Assembly (NCBI GenBank): GCA_951406725.2
Contig: OX597833.1
Location: 34,224,001 to 34,288,000 of the forward strand
Length of the DNA: 64,000 nt
Origin: Octopus vulgaris
Taxonomy: Eukaryota
Direction of reading: 5' to 3'
Shown: positions 48,354-62,228 of the stretch, in pieces
Numbering within the stretch: position 1 is the stretch's first letter
Layout of the letters: each line of letters opens with the position of its first letter
Notes under the pieces: model-generated
Told to the model about the DNA's origin: nothing
The model's input: only the letters and a program-made list of their open reading frames with translations
Database searches by the model: none
Translations under genes and position numbers: made by a program

Positions 48354-49362
48354 TACACAAACACACACACACACACAATGATTGTCCCACCATATATAGT
48401 ATAGTAGAAGACATTTAACCAAGGTACCATTTATAGCCATTTTTTATAGTCTATTAAAATTATATTGAAATGGTGTCATATCTCTAAATCTCAGGATTTA
48501 TTTAATCTTATGCCTTCTATAAATGTACCAAAACTCAAGGCCCATTGGCTTACACTTGGATTTAGCTAGGTTTGAAAACACCACAAAATTGACTGTTTGT
48601 TACATGTAACAAAATAGACTTTACATAAATATTTTTTTAAATTGCTAAAAATATGTTTTCTTTCCAAGAACCTGAAAAAAAAAATATATAGGCCACTACT
48701 ATGCCATTGTCACTGTTCATTTGTGCACTTTAAGATGATTGTCACCTCAATTTCAAAGATATATAATCACAAATATGGCTAATTATTCATTTAGGCAAAT
48801 CAGGCAAGGTTTTGACCAATTCACTGACCATTCAAATTGTTATATTTCCTAAAATGTTTATCCTAATTTTATAAATGAAGTATCAAAATGTTTCTTTTTG
48901 GATGCCCTCCAAGAAAAAGTACAGTGGCAGTTAGATTTAAATATTTTCAAAAATTCAGTGATACCTAATCTCAGTTCTAATGTCTGATGATCCAATGGCC
49001 ATTTCTATGGCTGGTCCCTCTGTTGGGTTCATATTTAATATCATTCATAATAACACTTCTATGTCTCTTTCCTTACAAAATCATTATGTGCAAGTGTACC
49101 ATTATCCATCTGTACACACTTCTCTCCTACAGCATCCTTTTATTGTTTTACTTGTTTCATTCATATGACTGCAGCCATGCTGGAGCACTGCCTTAAAAGA
49201 AATTGACCCCAGGACTTATTCTTTGTAAGCCTAGTACTGATTCTATTGGTCTCTTTTGTTGAACTGGTGTTACAGGGACATAAACACATCAACATTAGTT
49301 GTCAGGTAATGGTGGGGGACAGACACAAAGACATGTACACACACACACAAATATATAATATA

Positions 49363-49432
<70 letters not shown>

Positions 49433-49864
49433 ACTTTCAGTCTGGCTGGAATATTCCACCAGCCACAGATTTGATCAGTAACCCTCAGTAGATTTACCCA
49501 TAGGAACTTCCAGTTATCCTCCATGTTAAACATTTGTACTGCCTCTTCCTTGTCAAATGCTTCATCTAGAAACTCTCTAAACCTCTGACTGTTCAATGGC
49601 TCTTTAAGCTTCCACATCTTCATTTCTCAGACTGGTTTGTCTCTGAGTCTCAGTTCTAAGTCTTAAGTCATTAACCACTAACTTATGTTTGGTTATACAG
49701 TTTCCATTAGGAAAAGTCTTTACATTTACAACTATCTGCCTACCTTGTTCTCTCATCAGAGTGATAGATGATCAGGTGACTGGCTAATTATCTGAAGTTA
49801 GTGTTTCAGGTCATTGGGTCATTTAAATCACAGAACTTCAAGACCCTTGTAAACTCCTCATTTC

Positions 49865-50150
49865 TATTTGGGATTGTAGGAGGAATTGCATAGTAGGACT
49901 TTCAATTCTGATATATTTCTTTGTTTTGTTTGTCTTAGTTCCTGGATATTGAATTTCTTGGTTCATTATATTCCATCATCAATTAAGAATGGCAGATAAT
50001 TCTTGTCAAGGAGTGTATCCTTCAGTTCTTGAAGTCTTATGTCATGAATGTTTGTTGCACATACCATTGTATCAATTCTTTTAGGTAGGTAATAAAGGAC
50101 ATTTATTCTGGTGTGTCTTGGATAGCATGAATTGAATGGGTGTTGACTGC
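49865..50150 (-). mobile_element. Penelope-like element fragment (RT thumb/linker)
   Basis: PFNSCYPRHTRINVLYYLPKRIDTMV...RLQELKDTLLDKNYLPFLIDDGI resembles the Penelope SCHPxHxxxNIPYxLAxRI...L.xxxYP pattern. Confidence 0.75.
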
Positions 50151-50470
50151 ATATTTCTGTATGAGATTGAACCCAAGGTCTCATTGTTGCACTTCTTAAC
50201 TACTCATTCCAATTTTTTTGCATCACTCAATGTCATTTACAAACATTTCTGCATAGTAAGCCCATTACTATAGGACCAATGGGGAATAGGGTGGTTGAGG
50301 CACAATAACAGTATTTCAAAGTGAGAAATTTTTCTTGATTGATTTTTGAAATATGCATTCGGATATTATGATGCAAAGCAAGACTAGTGCAGACCCCAAA
50401 CAAGCCAACTTTTATCCAACAAAGGGCTTTACTTGAAGCATCATTAGTTTTGATTTACCACAGCTTTTAA

Positions 50471-50691
50471 CCTTTTAGCATGCAAACTGGCCATATCCGG
50501 CCCAAATATTCTACTTGTTTTATGTTTAAACTGGCCATATCAGACCTCTCACATTTAGCTTGCAATGTAATTTCAAAAAATAAACAATCTCATCATCAAG
50601 ATCTCAAAGCTACAACACAATGCCTGATAAATTCAAAACAATGTGGATAAATGAGCATTACATTTAACAGAGTAATTTTAATGCTAAAGGT
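50471..50691. mobile_element. piggyBac-type MITE
   Basis: TTAA|CCTTTTAGCAT...ATGCTAAAGGT|TTAA. A partial relative lies at ~28760-28830. Confidence 0.8.
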
Positions 50692-50842
50692 TTAAATAGA
50701 TCCAAATTTCAAAACTTTACCAATGATTTTTGCCAATACAGTACCCACCATTTTTTAAACTCTGGATTATATTTAATGTATTTCACATAAGTTATTGAGT
50801 TACTTTTCATGACTGCGCTTCCTTTCCACTGATTTTAATGTG

Positions 50843-50849
<7 letters not shown>

Positions 50850-50931
<82 letters not shown>

Positions 50932-50955
50932 CTGTCTATCTATATCTATCTAGCT
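50850..50955 (+). repeat. (CT)n/(CTAT)n microsatellite
   Basis: Direct inspection. Confidence 0.95.
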
Positions 50956-51155
50956 ATCCATCCATCCATGCATCCCTCCATCCGTACGCATGCACACACA
51001 CACACACATACATACAGGTTTTTTTTCCTATGACACTCCCTGGACCCTAAGTAAGGCATGTGTAAAATTTGAATGAAATTGGTTGTGAAGTTTTAGGGAA
51101 ACACAGACAGACAGACAGACACACATTCTCAGTTTTATATATATAAAGATATATA

Positions 51156-52274
51156 TCTCTCTATATATATATAAAACTGAGAATGCGTGTCTGTCTGTCT
51201 GTCTGTGTGTTTCCCTAAAACTTGAGAACTACTCAATCAATTTCATTCAAATTTTACACATGCCTTACTTGAACTTTTTGTCTAGGGCGAGCCCATAGCA
51301 ATATCATATCTTCTCCACTACGATTCCCTAAAACTTGAGAACTACACAACCAATTCCATTCAAATTTTACTCATGCTTTACTTAGAGTCCATGTGGTTTC
51401 ATGGGCAAAAAAACTGTTCAACTTCTTGCCTAGAGCAAGCCCATAGCAATATCATGCCTTCTCCACTATTTCAGTATTACGTGTTAAAAGTGAAACAAAA
51501 ATGTTTCTCTATTTTATGTCAGATATTTTCACTTGAACAATAAAAATAATAATAACAATTGAATTATATGTAGTAAGTAATAATTAAAATCAAACTAAAG
51601 TATAATATAATCGTAACATAACAAAAGTAAAAATAGCAATTGGTATAAAATTGCATCAATGACTTGAACTTGAATAAGTGGTTTCACATGAATGGGAATA
51701 AATTAAAAATAAAATTAGCGTGCAGAAATGGAATAGTCCAGATGAATCATAAAAAATTAAATTAAAGAAAAGACTAATGTCTATAAAGTATACAATGTAG
51801 AGAAAAAAGATTTGAACACCTGGAGGAAAGCACCATCGAAAAGTGTCTTGGTGCGACCACAATAGAAGCATGGTTCCAGTCAACGGAGCGTGCAAGCGAG
51901 TACTCGACTCGAACTTGCAAAGTGGAAATATTTTATTTTTACCTTTATATCTGGGACATAGGACGTACCGGATAAAAATTTAAAATGCTTCCCCCCCCCC
52001 CCAGCAGTAGAGGTAGGCTGGATTGTAGCCGCACTTCTATACAAGAGGGAGGACAAGATACAATTGATCGAAATTGCAAGAGACGGGCTTACAATTCCAG
52101 TCTGTTATATATTTTGAGTATTGTTATCACTAGCGATATCAAGATATAACTTTGTATTTTGTATTTTATGTGTAGATGTATATATATAGATGTACATGTA
52201 ACATGTACACATATATATACACATATATACATGCACTAGCACTATGACCCGGCAACGACGGGTCATAATGCTAG
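51156..52274 (+). mobile_element. Non-autonomous Helitron
   Basis: 5' TC...TATATAAAACTGAGAATG(CTGT)n. 3' GC-rich hairpin GACCCG-GCAACGA-CGGGTC followed by CTAG|T. Internal tandem duplication of the 5' segment. Confidence 0.8.
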
Positions 52275-52324
52275 TATATATATGTGTGTGTTTATATATA
52301 CATATATGTACATATATATGTATA

Positions 52325-52371
<47 letters not shown>

Positions 52372-52423
52372 CACCCAGGTGGTGCTATTAAGTTAGACAT
52401 GGCCGAAACCTATCAAAGTATAC

Positions 52424-52456
<33 letters not shown>

Positions 52457-52640
52457 CATATATACATATACATATATATACACACATATGCATATATATA
52501 TATATATATATATATGCATATGTGTATATATATATATATATATATATCTGTAAAATAATATGTGACAATTATTCAATAATTGTCACCTCTTTTACATGAT
52601 ATTGAGGTCTCTTTCTTTTGTTATCTTACCGTTTTTACCA

Positions 52641-52681
<41 letters not shown>

Positions 52682-52754
52682 TATGCATATATATATATAT
52701 ATATATATATATTTTATATATATGTATATATATACATATATATATACATATATG

Positions 52755-52785
<31 letters not shown>

Positions 52786-52905
52786 GCATGTATATATAAA
52801 CATATATGTATATATATGTATACATATAAATATATATACACATATGCATATATATGTATATATACACATATACATACATACATATATGTATATATATACA
52901 CACAC

Positions 52906-52940
<35 letters not shown>

Positions 52941-53247
52941 TATATAATGATAATAATAATAATGATAATAATAGGGAGTAAATTCAATTTAGTATTAAAT
53001 CAAATTTCACAATATAAATATAAAATATATATAAGTTAGAGAAAAACCACTATTATGTAATTCAAGCAAGGATAGACATAAACCAAATCATAAAGAAAAA
53101 ATAAAATATATTATAAAACATATAACTAGTTATATGTTTTATAATATATTTTATTTGGATTACATAATAGTGTTTGAATTACATACTAGCGGTTTTTCTC
53201 TAACTTATATATATATATATATATGTATGTACCAGTATGTATGTATC

Positions 53248-53313
<66 letters not shown>

Positions 53314-53340
53314 TGTATATATATATATATATAATATATA

Positions 53341-53375
<35 letters not shown>
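52275..53375. repeat. Cluster of long compound (TA)n/(CATA)n microsatellites
   Basis: Direct inspection. Confidence 0.93.
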
Positions 53376-53378
<3 letters not shown>

Positions 53379-53459
53379 GGGTCCAACCCATGCTAGCATA
53401 GAAAGCGGACATTAAGCAATGATGATATATATAATCACATATATATACAATGCAATACT

Positions 53460-54068
53460 AACTTCAGCACTTCTGCTAGTTACCTAGTCACCTACCGATC
53501 TGGTAGACAGACTGGCCAAATTGACTACATCCTTGCCAGAAAAAGGGAAAATGGCTGCTTATAAATGCCAAAACCATCCCAGGTGAAAAAAAGTACCCCA
53601 CAAAATAGGCTAGTAGTTAGCAACTTTAGGATCAGGGTTAAATGGATGACCAGAAGACAACCAGCATGGAGGAGATGGGTCTAGAAGCTTAAAGATCCTG
53701 TGAATGGACAGAGATTTAGTGACGTATTACTCAAAGCCTTTGACGAAATAGAGGGGGATATAGCATCATGTGATGTGGAAGACAACTGGAGGTTTCTACG
53801 GGACAACCTACTGAGGGCCACTGACCAGATCTGTGAATGGTGCAAAGTCCTCTCTCGACCCAAGGTAACATGGAGCTGGAACAATGTTGTTGACTGGGCC
53901 ATTAGGGAAAAGAAACAAGCTTGGAAGGACTGGAAGAACAGTGGTAGCAAGGAATTGTATCAGACTGCCAGAACGGAAGCTAGGAGACAGATTTATTTAG
54001 CCAGAGGAAAAGCAGATAAGAAAAAATTTGCCAATGTTCTTTGCTGTGAGAACCAAAGACTTGAGGTG
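53460..54068 (+). mobile_element. RTE LINE fragment (APE C-terminus and linker)
   Basis: GQIDYILAR, HKIG*VVSNF (decayed QHRLVV), VEDNWRFLRDNLLRATDQIC, TWSWNNVVD. Same family as 38985-42430. Confidence 0.85.
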
Positions 54069-54136
54069 TATGTGTGTATATATATGTATATATATATGTG
54101 TGTATATATACATATATATACACACACATATATATA

Positions 54137-54540
54137 GGCGTAGGAGTGGCTGTGTGGTAAGTAGCTTGCTAACCAACCACATGGTTCCGGGTTCAGTCCC
54201 ACTGCGTGGCATCTTGGGCAAGTGTCTTCTGCTATAGCCCCGGGCCGACCAATGCCTTGTGAGTGGATTTGGTAGACGGAAACTGAAAGAAGCCTGTCGT
54301 ATATATGTATATATATGTATATATGTGTATGTCCCCGTAGCATTGCTTGACAACCGATGCTGGTGTGTTTACGTCCCCGTCACTTAGCGGTTCAGCAAAA
54401 GAGACCGATAGAATAAGTACTGAGCTTACAAAGAATAAGTCCCGGGGTCGATTTGCTCGACTAAAAAGGCGGTGCTCCAGCATGGCCGCAGTCAAATGAC
54501 TGAAACAAGTAAAAGAGTAAAGAGTAAGAGTAAAAGAGTA
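54137..54540 (+). mobile_element. Full-length young octopus tRNA-derived SINE with internal (TA)n and an (AAAGAGT)n tail
   Basis: A box TGGCTGTGTGG, B box GGTTCAGTCCC, GAATAAGTAC...GGGGTCGAT block, CpGs retained, simple-repeat tail. Confidence 0.9.
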
Positions 54541-55099
54541 TATATACAATCAAAATAAGCAACAAGGATATCCAAAGGTAATGCAGTATGATCATTTCGT
54601 GCAACTCCATTTAATTGAACAATGCAATCATTACATCAATTTAAAATGCAGAGCAATCTTCAGCTGCACAAAGACAGAATTTAATTAAATTAGAACAGAT
54701 GAACACATTAGTATAATTATACCTAAAATTTCCAAGAAGTTATGGAGATAGACAAAGAACATGCTGTCTCACTCCAGTTTAGAAGTCACTGAATTTTCAA
54801 GAAGATATACATTGTTACAGACTCTGCCTGTCACTGATTTTTTGTTTTTATGGGGTCAGTTTTAATTTATAGACTAGTTTATCAAATCCCTTGTATATCT
54901 AAGGCTGAAAGAACAGAGGGCAGTATCTGTTAGGGCTGAGGGAGCAGACATACATCATAGTTGGTATAGTCATAAAAATCAAGATTTATTAGAAGCAATA
55001 TCATGAGGTTTGGTAAAGGAAAACTTAAAGCAAGATGTTAGCTGATAATTAAGGGGGTCTCTCACTAGCAGACCATTGATAATGAAACTTGGAAGTCTT

Positions 55100-58000
55100 A
55101 TGTGGTACTATAGTTAAATATTTTAAACAATGTTGCTATATTGTATACAGTTAAAGTTTAGGGTTATTCAACGATTTATCAAGAAGAATATTATAACAAA
55201 AGGATAGAAATTTATGAATACTTTTGAGTATATACCAAACTTTACCACAGTAGAGGGAGGAAAAGAAATTATCCAGAAATAGTTTAATATTTATACATAT
55301 TGTACACTTAAATACTAACTCATCAGATGGTATCGGATTGATTAATTAAAGGAGTATTGAGGTAAAGGAACATGCTAATTATATATTAATAAAATTATAA
55401 TCTAAGCAGTGAATATACCAGTATAGTTTTATACACGCTAAGTATGAATTTATAGATACACAAATTAGATTAATTTTATATATAAATATAGAGATAAAGG
55501 CTAATTATAAAATAATAAAGAAATAAAATAAAATAATCAAGTAGGGCAGAACACTATAGAAAAAGAAATAAAATGGCTTAATTACTAATACTATGGTAAA
55601 GTATATGTAGCTTATTAACACCAATAGAGAAGATTTTTAGGAAAAGTATAATTATTCAAAATATATTAGACTAAAAATTATATATTTACTTATTTAGCTA
55701 ATATCAATAAAAGACTGATGTCTGGTATAGGCTAAAGGAATATTTAAGTAATGGAACAATCATATTTTACACTAATCTTTTTTTAAAACTAGGGGTTATA
55801 TTATAGGTTTAAGAAGTTATTATTACTCCCTACATAATATACTTTCTTAGTGGTACTCTTTTAGAAGGGTTATTTATATAAAGGCCCATATAAATACTAA
55901 GATCAGGCGGGTAGAGCCATTTAAGAAAGAGATAAATCAAGTAATTTCTAAAGATCATTTCAAACAATATTGTCTTATTGTATAAAGTTAAAATTTAAGG
56001 TAATGAAGAAGATTAATAAGAATAAAATTTTATCAAAAGGATAAAACTTCTTTGAATATATTGAGTATATACCAAATTTTTACCACAATAAAGGGAGGAA
56101 AAGAAAATTGCAAAGAAATAGTTAAATATTTATTTACTTATTACTTATCTAAATATTAACTTACGAGGGGCGTTCAATAAGTAATGCCTCTGACCCACTT
56201 GCAGTTGTTTGATCTAGCTGAAATTTTGCATGTGCAATTACCTATATCTCTATAGATTAAGTGGCAAATTACAGCTCTGAACTAATTGTGGTTTCTGATT
56301 TACAGGTGTTTGAACTGAGTCAAGTGTGAAACGGAGCCTGTTGAGTGTCGAGCAGTGATGCGGTTTTTGTATTTGAAAGGACGCACACCACGGGAGACTT
56401 TTGATGAAATAAAAGTAACTTATGGTGATGATGCCCCATCATATGACCTTGTAAAACGCTGGCATCGTGAATTCAAACATGGTCGGAACTTTGTGGAAAC
56501 AGCTCCCAGATCTGGTCGCCCCCTTCTGCCATTGATGAGGCATCTGTCCGTCAAGTTGAGGCTGCCATTTTGGAAGATCGACGCATAACTATTCGCCAAA
56601 TAGCCCATGAGGTCAAGATTAGTACCGGGTCTGTAGAAACTATCATTCATGACCATTTGCATATGCAAAAGGTGTCTGCCAGATGGATTCCCAGGCTGCT
56701 CACACCTTTCCAGAAGCAAGAACGCGTCGATAGTGCAAGGATGAATTTGAAGATGTGCCAAGAAGATGAGTCAAAATTTTTCAAAAGACTGATTACACAG
56801 GATGAAACCTGGGTCCATCACTATGATCCAGAGACCAAAGCCCAGTCAATGCAGTGGAAGTACCGTGACTCACCTCCTCCAAAGAAGGCAAGAGTGCAGC
56901 CCTCCGCTGGCAAGGTCATGCTCACAGTCTTCTGGGACCAGGACGGAGTAGTGATGACAGATTTCTTGGCAAAGGGTGCCACAATTACAGGAGTCTATTA
57001 TGCTTCACTTTTGAGGAAATTAAGAGAAGCTATCAAAATCAAGAGGCGGGGCAAGATCAGCAAAGGCATCCTCCTCCTGCAGGACAACGCTCCGATCCAC
57101 AACTAGCGTGTCGCCAGATCAGAAGCACAGGCGTGCGGCTATGAACTCATCCCCCATCTCCTGACCTGCACCCTCTGATTTTCACCTCTTCCCAGCTATG
57201 AAGTTGTTTTTGAAAGGAAAGCGTTTCCCAGATGATGCAGCCTTGATTTCTGAAGTCACGTCGTGGTTGGAGGACCAAGCTGGGGTCTTTTACAAAAACG
57301 GTCTTCAGAGCTGCATCAAACGATGGGAGAAATGCGTAACTCTGGGTGGTTCCTATGTAGAAAAAGACTAATAACTGTGCCAAGTTTCGTTGCTCTACTG
57401 CTATGGGAAGTGGGTCAGGGGCATTACTTATTGAACGCCCCTCGTATTATATGGTTTCTATGGAGATTGATCAATTGGATTTAACTGGTATTTAATAAGC
57501 AACTGAGGTTAAAGAACATGTCAACTATATACTGATTTAATTAAATTGAAATATTTTAAGTTGTCAAGATACTGGTATTACCTTATATAAGCTGAGTACG
57601 AATTAATAGGGTTACAAGATTAAGATTTATTTAAGGCTACTATAAAATAATAACAATAACGATAATAAAATGATTAGTTAGGGTAGAGCATCATAGAAAA
57701 GGAATAAAAACAGCCTAATCACTAAAAACTATAATAAAATATCTATACCTCATTAACTTCAATAGCAAGTATTTATAGAAAATGTATAATAATTTAAGTA
57801 TTATGAGCTAAAAATTGTTAATTAACTTATTTAGCTTATTATAATCAGGACTTAAACCCGGTATTGGTTAAAAGAATAATTGTTGTTAAAAGGACATACT
57901 AATTTTAAATTAAGAGGTTTTAATATAGATTTCAAAAGTTGTGTTAATCCATAAATGATATTACAGTTTCTTAGGGGTACTTAATTAGAAGGGTTGTTTA

Positions 58001-58500
58001 AAGCCAATATAAATACCAAAATTAAGAGGACAGAACACTTTAAGAAAGGGATAAAAAACTTAGTTACTAAAACTATTTTAAACAATATGTCATTATTGTA
58101 TAAAGTTAAAATTTAGGGTTATCAGGAAGATTTATCATTGAGATGAGAGAACAGAATTACTATAAATTAGTTAAATTATAATTTAGGCAGTTTCATTTAA
58201 GTTGTGAAGATACCCATATTGTTTTTTATAAGCTAAGTATGGATTTATAGGGGTACAAAAATTTAGGTTTGTCTAAAGGCAATTATAAAGTATTAAAATG
58301 ACCAGGTGGGGTAGAAACACCATAGAAAAGGATATAAGATAGCTTAATCACTAAAATCATGATGAAGTATATATACAACTTAGTAACTTTAATAGAGAAG
58401 ATTTATAGAAAATATGTAATAATTCAAGTATTTAAAACGAAAACTTGTTTGTTTACTTAATTAGCTTGTGTTTATAATCACTGATACCCAGTATCAACTA
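55100..58500. repeat. Diverged AT-rich tandem repeat, unit ~836 bp, about 2.5 copies, second copy interrupted by a mariner
   Basis: Anchor AAACAAT...ATTGTATAxAGTTAAA occurs at ~55125, ~55962 and ~58080. Spacing is ~837 bp, and ~835 bp once the mariner is removed. Confidence 0.85.
56164..57444 (+). mobile_element. Young full-length mariner (DD34D), 1281 bp, transposase inactivated
   Basis: ~37 bp TIRs starting CGAGGGGCGTTCAATAAGTAATGCC with one mismatch, and a TA TSD. Motifs WIPRLLT, ITQDETW, LQDNAP, SPDL. The likely start reads ACG (56331), there is a frameshift near 56520 and a stop at 57104. Confidence 0.96.
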
Positions 58501-58719
58501 AAGGAATCTAAATATATATACATATATATACACACATATACATATATATACATACACACATATACATATATATAATTTATGAAATTGGTGATTTGTGTTG
58601 TTTGGTTCTTCACCATTAAATATTATGTTCATTGACAAAATACCATTATTATTATTTATAGGATTGTGAAATATGGCGCTGTATAACAAAACCATTCGCA
58701 CCAAAAGCATATATATCTA

Positions 58720-61700
58720 GATCATTCCTCAGCATGCCCCAAGACAGTTTCCACACGTTTTCCCCACTCATCTTGGTCTTCCATAATGGTTCTCAGCTCC
58801 TGTATCCCTTCCATACCAGTATCCTCCAGCAAGCTGTCGATATAGGTTGTCTTCCTCTTTCCTCTCCTGGTTCTTCCTTCTGTTGGTTGCCAGAGTACTA
58901 GCTTGTTAGCAATTTAATCAGTTTATCTGACACAGTGCCCATGTAACCTCATCTTTCAATGCTATATCTTCAATGTTACTTTTGGTAGTCCCTGGTATAA
59001 GTCAGCATTTGTTATATGACTTTTCCAGGAGACATTAAGTGCCATTTTAAGCATCTTTTTTATAACAACTGTCCGACTGCTTCTTCAACGCCATAAACAA
59101 CCTCACTTTCAATTTCCTTGCTAACTTCGAACCCCATACCTTTCTCAATTTATGGCAAGCACTCCAGGCAAGAGCTTTTCTTGCTATGATGTCTTTTCCA
59201 GTACTTTGTGTCCTTGCACCAAGGTATTTGAAATTTTCAAATACCTTGAGCAACTTACTGTCTCTCACTTTCACTGATGCAGGCGTTTCATGGTTGGATA
59301 CTTGCAACTCTGTTTTCCTACCTTCCCTGATTCCTGCTATAATCCGCTCAGCACCTCTTGTGCCTGATCTGTCCTCTCTGTTAGTAATGCCAGGTCATCA
59401 GTGTAGTCCAGATCAGTTACTGCTACTGCTTGATGCCATCTACTTCTTTGCCTATGCAGTTTGAATCCCAGTTCTTCTTCTTTGCCCTCGTACATTCAAC
59501 ACATTACATAGTCCAGAATGATGGCAAAGAGATAAGGTGCTAGCATGTTGTCTTGTAATACTCCAGCTTTGACTTCAAAGTATTCCGTCTCTCTATCAGG
59601 AGTGATCACCTTCGCTATGGTGTTCTCATATAGCTTACTTATTGCTCTCAGAATTCTTGGTGAAATATATGCTTTAAGTATCTTCATTATCATCATTCCT
59701 CTACATTCCTCTCATTAAAGTCTACATAGATAATGACAGCCTTTCTATTACGGCTCTTTACTCCTCATATCAGTCTTCTAAGTGCGACAGTGTAAGATGT
59801 TGTTGACCGTCCTGATCTGAATCCATTTTGATTTGGTTGCAATTGTTTGTCTATCTTAGGTCATACTTGGTTAAGTTTCATCTTGTTGACCATTTTTGCA
59901 ACAATGGATGACAGACTTATCCCTCTGTAATTCTCAGTATCACTTAGGTCTCCAGTTTTGGGCAGCAGTAGCAAGGCTGTCTCAGACCATTGTTCTGGCT
60001 TCACATTGTCATTCAGTAGTTTGTTTGTAAATTCAAGGATGATGTCATCTAAATCACATCTTTTTAGTACTTCTGGCAGGATGTTGTCAGAAACCAGTTT
60101 GTTTTCCTTCTTTCAGGTTACTTGTAGCTCTTTCTATTTCCTGTTTTGCTTTGTGAAGTCTCCATCCTCGATTTGCAAACCGTTGAGTATCTTTGCTAAT
60201 TCTTCATTTTCTGTTTCACTGTCAACTTCTGGATCCTTCCCAAGTGAGTTGTAGAAATGGGTGTACCACTTCTTGATTCTCTCATCCTTTGATTTCCCTT
60301 TGATGATTTCATGCTTTGCAGCTTTGCAACCAGTGATGGAGTTAATCAGCATCCAGCTTTCTCCGTGCTTACTCTTTGCATCTGCATTTTCGACCTGGGA
60401 GATCATTTCATCCAGTTCCTCTTCTTGAATCTCTTGGTACACCTGTTTTAGACCCTCTTTCGTTCTTTGTAAAGTTTGTTTAGTATTGTTGTTGGCAGCG
60501 TTTTGGTAGTTGCTGAATGCCTTTTGTACTTCACTGCATGCTTTCTCTACCCTAGGATCATCAGCTAACTTTCTCCATTTCATCCTCTCCTTTATTGGTA
60601 TCAGTTTTGCTGCTACTTCTTCATTTGATTGCACAAACTTGCCATATTGCTCTGTAACAGTATCCCTGTTGTTGGATACTTCAGCAAATCTGTTGTATTT
60701 TGCGATGTAGACTAATCGTAGCATTTTTTTCTTGCAGGAGTTTTGCTTGTATTTAGACTAAGACGTAGTCTAGATGTCACTAAGCGATGGTCACTCCCTA
60801 AACTGCTAAAGTTGTTATATGCTTCTACATTGTGTATAGAATTCTTCCATTTCTTATTAATCAGTATGTAGTCAATTTGGGACTTGCTACCATTCATGTC
60901 GGAGATAAATGTCCATTGTTTACCTTTCTTTTTCTTGAATAGAGTGTTAGTGATGTGAAGATGACATTCTGCCTCATGATCCAGGAGAAGCTGGCCATTC
61001 TTGTTGGTCTCCTTATGGAATGTGTAGTGGACTGCATCCTCATCCAAATGAGCATTAAAATCACCGCATTCTGTGGTAATATAATGTTTTGGTATTTCAT
61101 TGATGACACTTGTCAGTGTTTTGTAGTGCTCCTCTGCATCCTTGCTTCCTACAGTGGTTAATAACTACTGTGATGGGATGGGTTTCCATTGAACGTGGCT
61201 GTGACTATTCTGTCATTTACTGGTATTACTTAGGCCAATGCTTTCTCTGCCAAACCATTCATTACTAATCCTTCCCCTTCTGCTGCAGCACCATTAGTAC
61301 TTCTCCATCCACTTGTTATTAGTGTACAGCCTTCAAGTTGTTCAATGAGAGTAGGGTCTTCTTCATGCACTATCTTGTGTTCACCTACTCCAAGGATGTT
61401 TAGTTTCCATTTGTTAAAGTTGTGAGCCATCTCCAGATGTTTCTCTTTTTCCCCAAGTGTTCTTACATTGAGTGTTCCAATTTGCTGGTACTTTTTACTA
61501 TTCATAAGTTCAATTCTTCTGTTCTTGCCATCAGCTACTTCTCTTCCAGTTGGATTTAAAGAAGTATCTTCATCTGTCATTATGCAACTTGCTTGAACAT
61601 CCAGAATGTCTGCGTCAAGGGCTCTAGCCCTGGTGCCATTAACATGTAGATTCATAGGGGTTTCGGTTGCACATAAAATAGGAGTCATAGTGCGCTGCCC

Positions 61701-62215
61701 CATGTGGTCCCGCAGTTTCCATCTAACTAGGAATATTAGGGTCTCATCCATTGTCTTTTATTCAAGATCCTCTGTATCACATCCTGTTAGTTCAAAGCCA
61801 TGAATCTGATCTGTTAGGTCCTGCTGATAACTAAATCCATGCCCTGCTGTCGACACTTTGGTTTATTGTCATTGAGGTTTACTCCTCTAATGGTTAAGGT
61901 TTTGTCTGTTTCTTACCCTTTGACTTGTCTGGCCTGGTAAGACTATCTGAAGATTTCTCTCCCTCCAGCTTGGCTCTCCAGGTCAATGGAGCACACAGGC
62001 ACTTCACTGTATCAAGGTACTGGTTGAATTGGCCATTGACTACTCGGTAATTCTCCTGCCCTTTGACGGGTATTATTTTCCATCCTGCAGGGTGTCCAAC
62101 AATCATCCTCCTCACCAAGCAAGCTTGATAGGGTTGCAAGTTTAGTTGCTGACAACCCTGTCATGTGACAGGTTGTACTGCATTACATGTTACCAGTAGT
62201 GCTAAAGAGTTGCCT
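58720..62215 (-). mobile_element. Near full-length decayed RTE-like LINE, a third family (APE + RT)
   Basis: IGTLNVRTL, SQIDYILIN, GSDHRLV (APE); ENYRGISL, QNGFRSGRST, GVLQDNMLAP, LDYTDDLA, FKYLG (RT). Many frameshifts. Confidence 0.92.
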
Positions 62216-62228
62216 GACATATTATATA

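Noticed and set aside
48560-48690. Strong minus-strand acceptor TTTTTTTTTTCAG| followed by a short frame (VLGKKTYF* or SWKENIFLAI*)
   Set aside because: It could be a terminal exon, but I found no partner exon or clear poly(A) signal, and poly-T plus CAG is common here.
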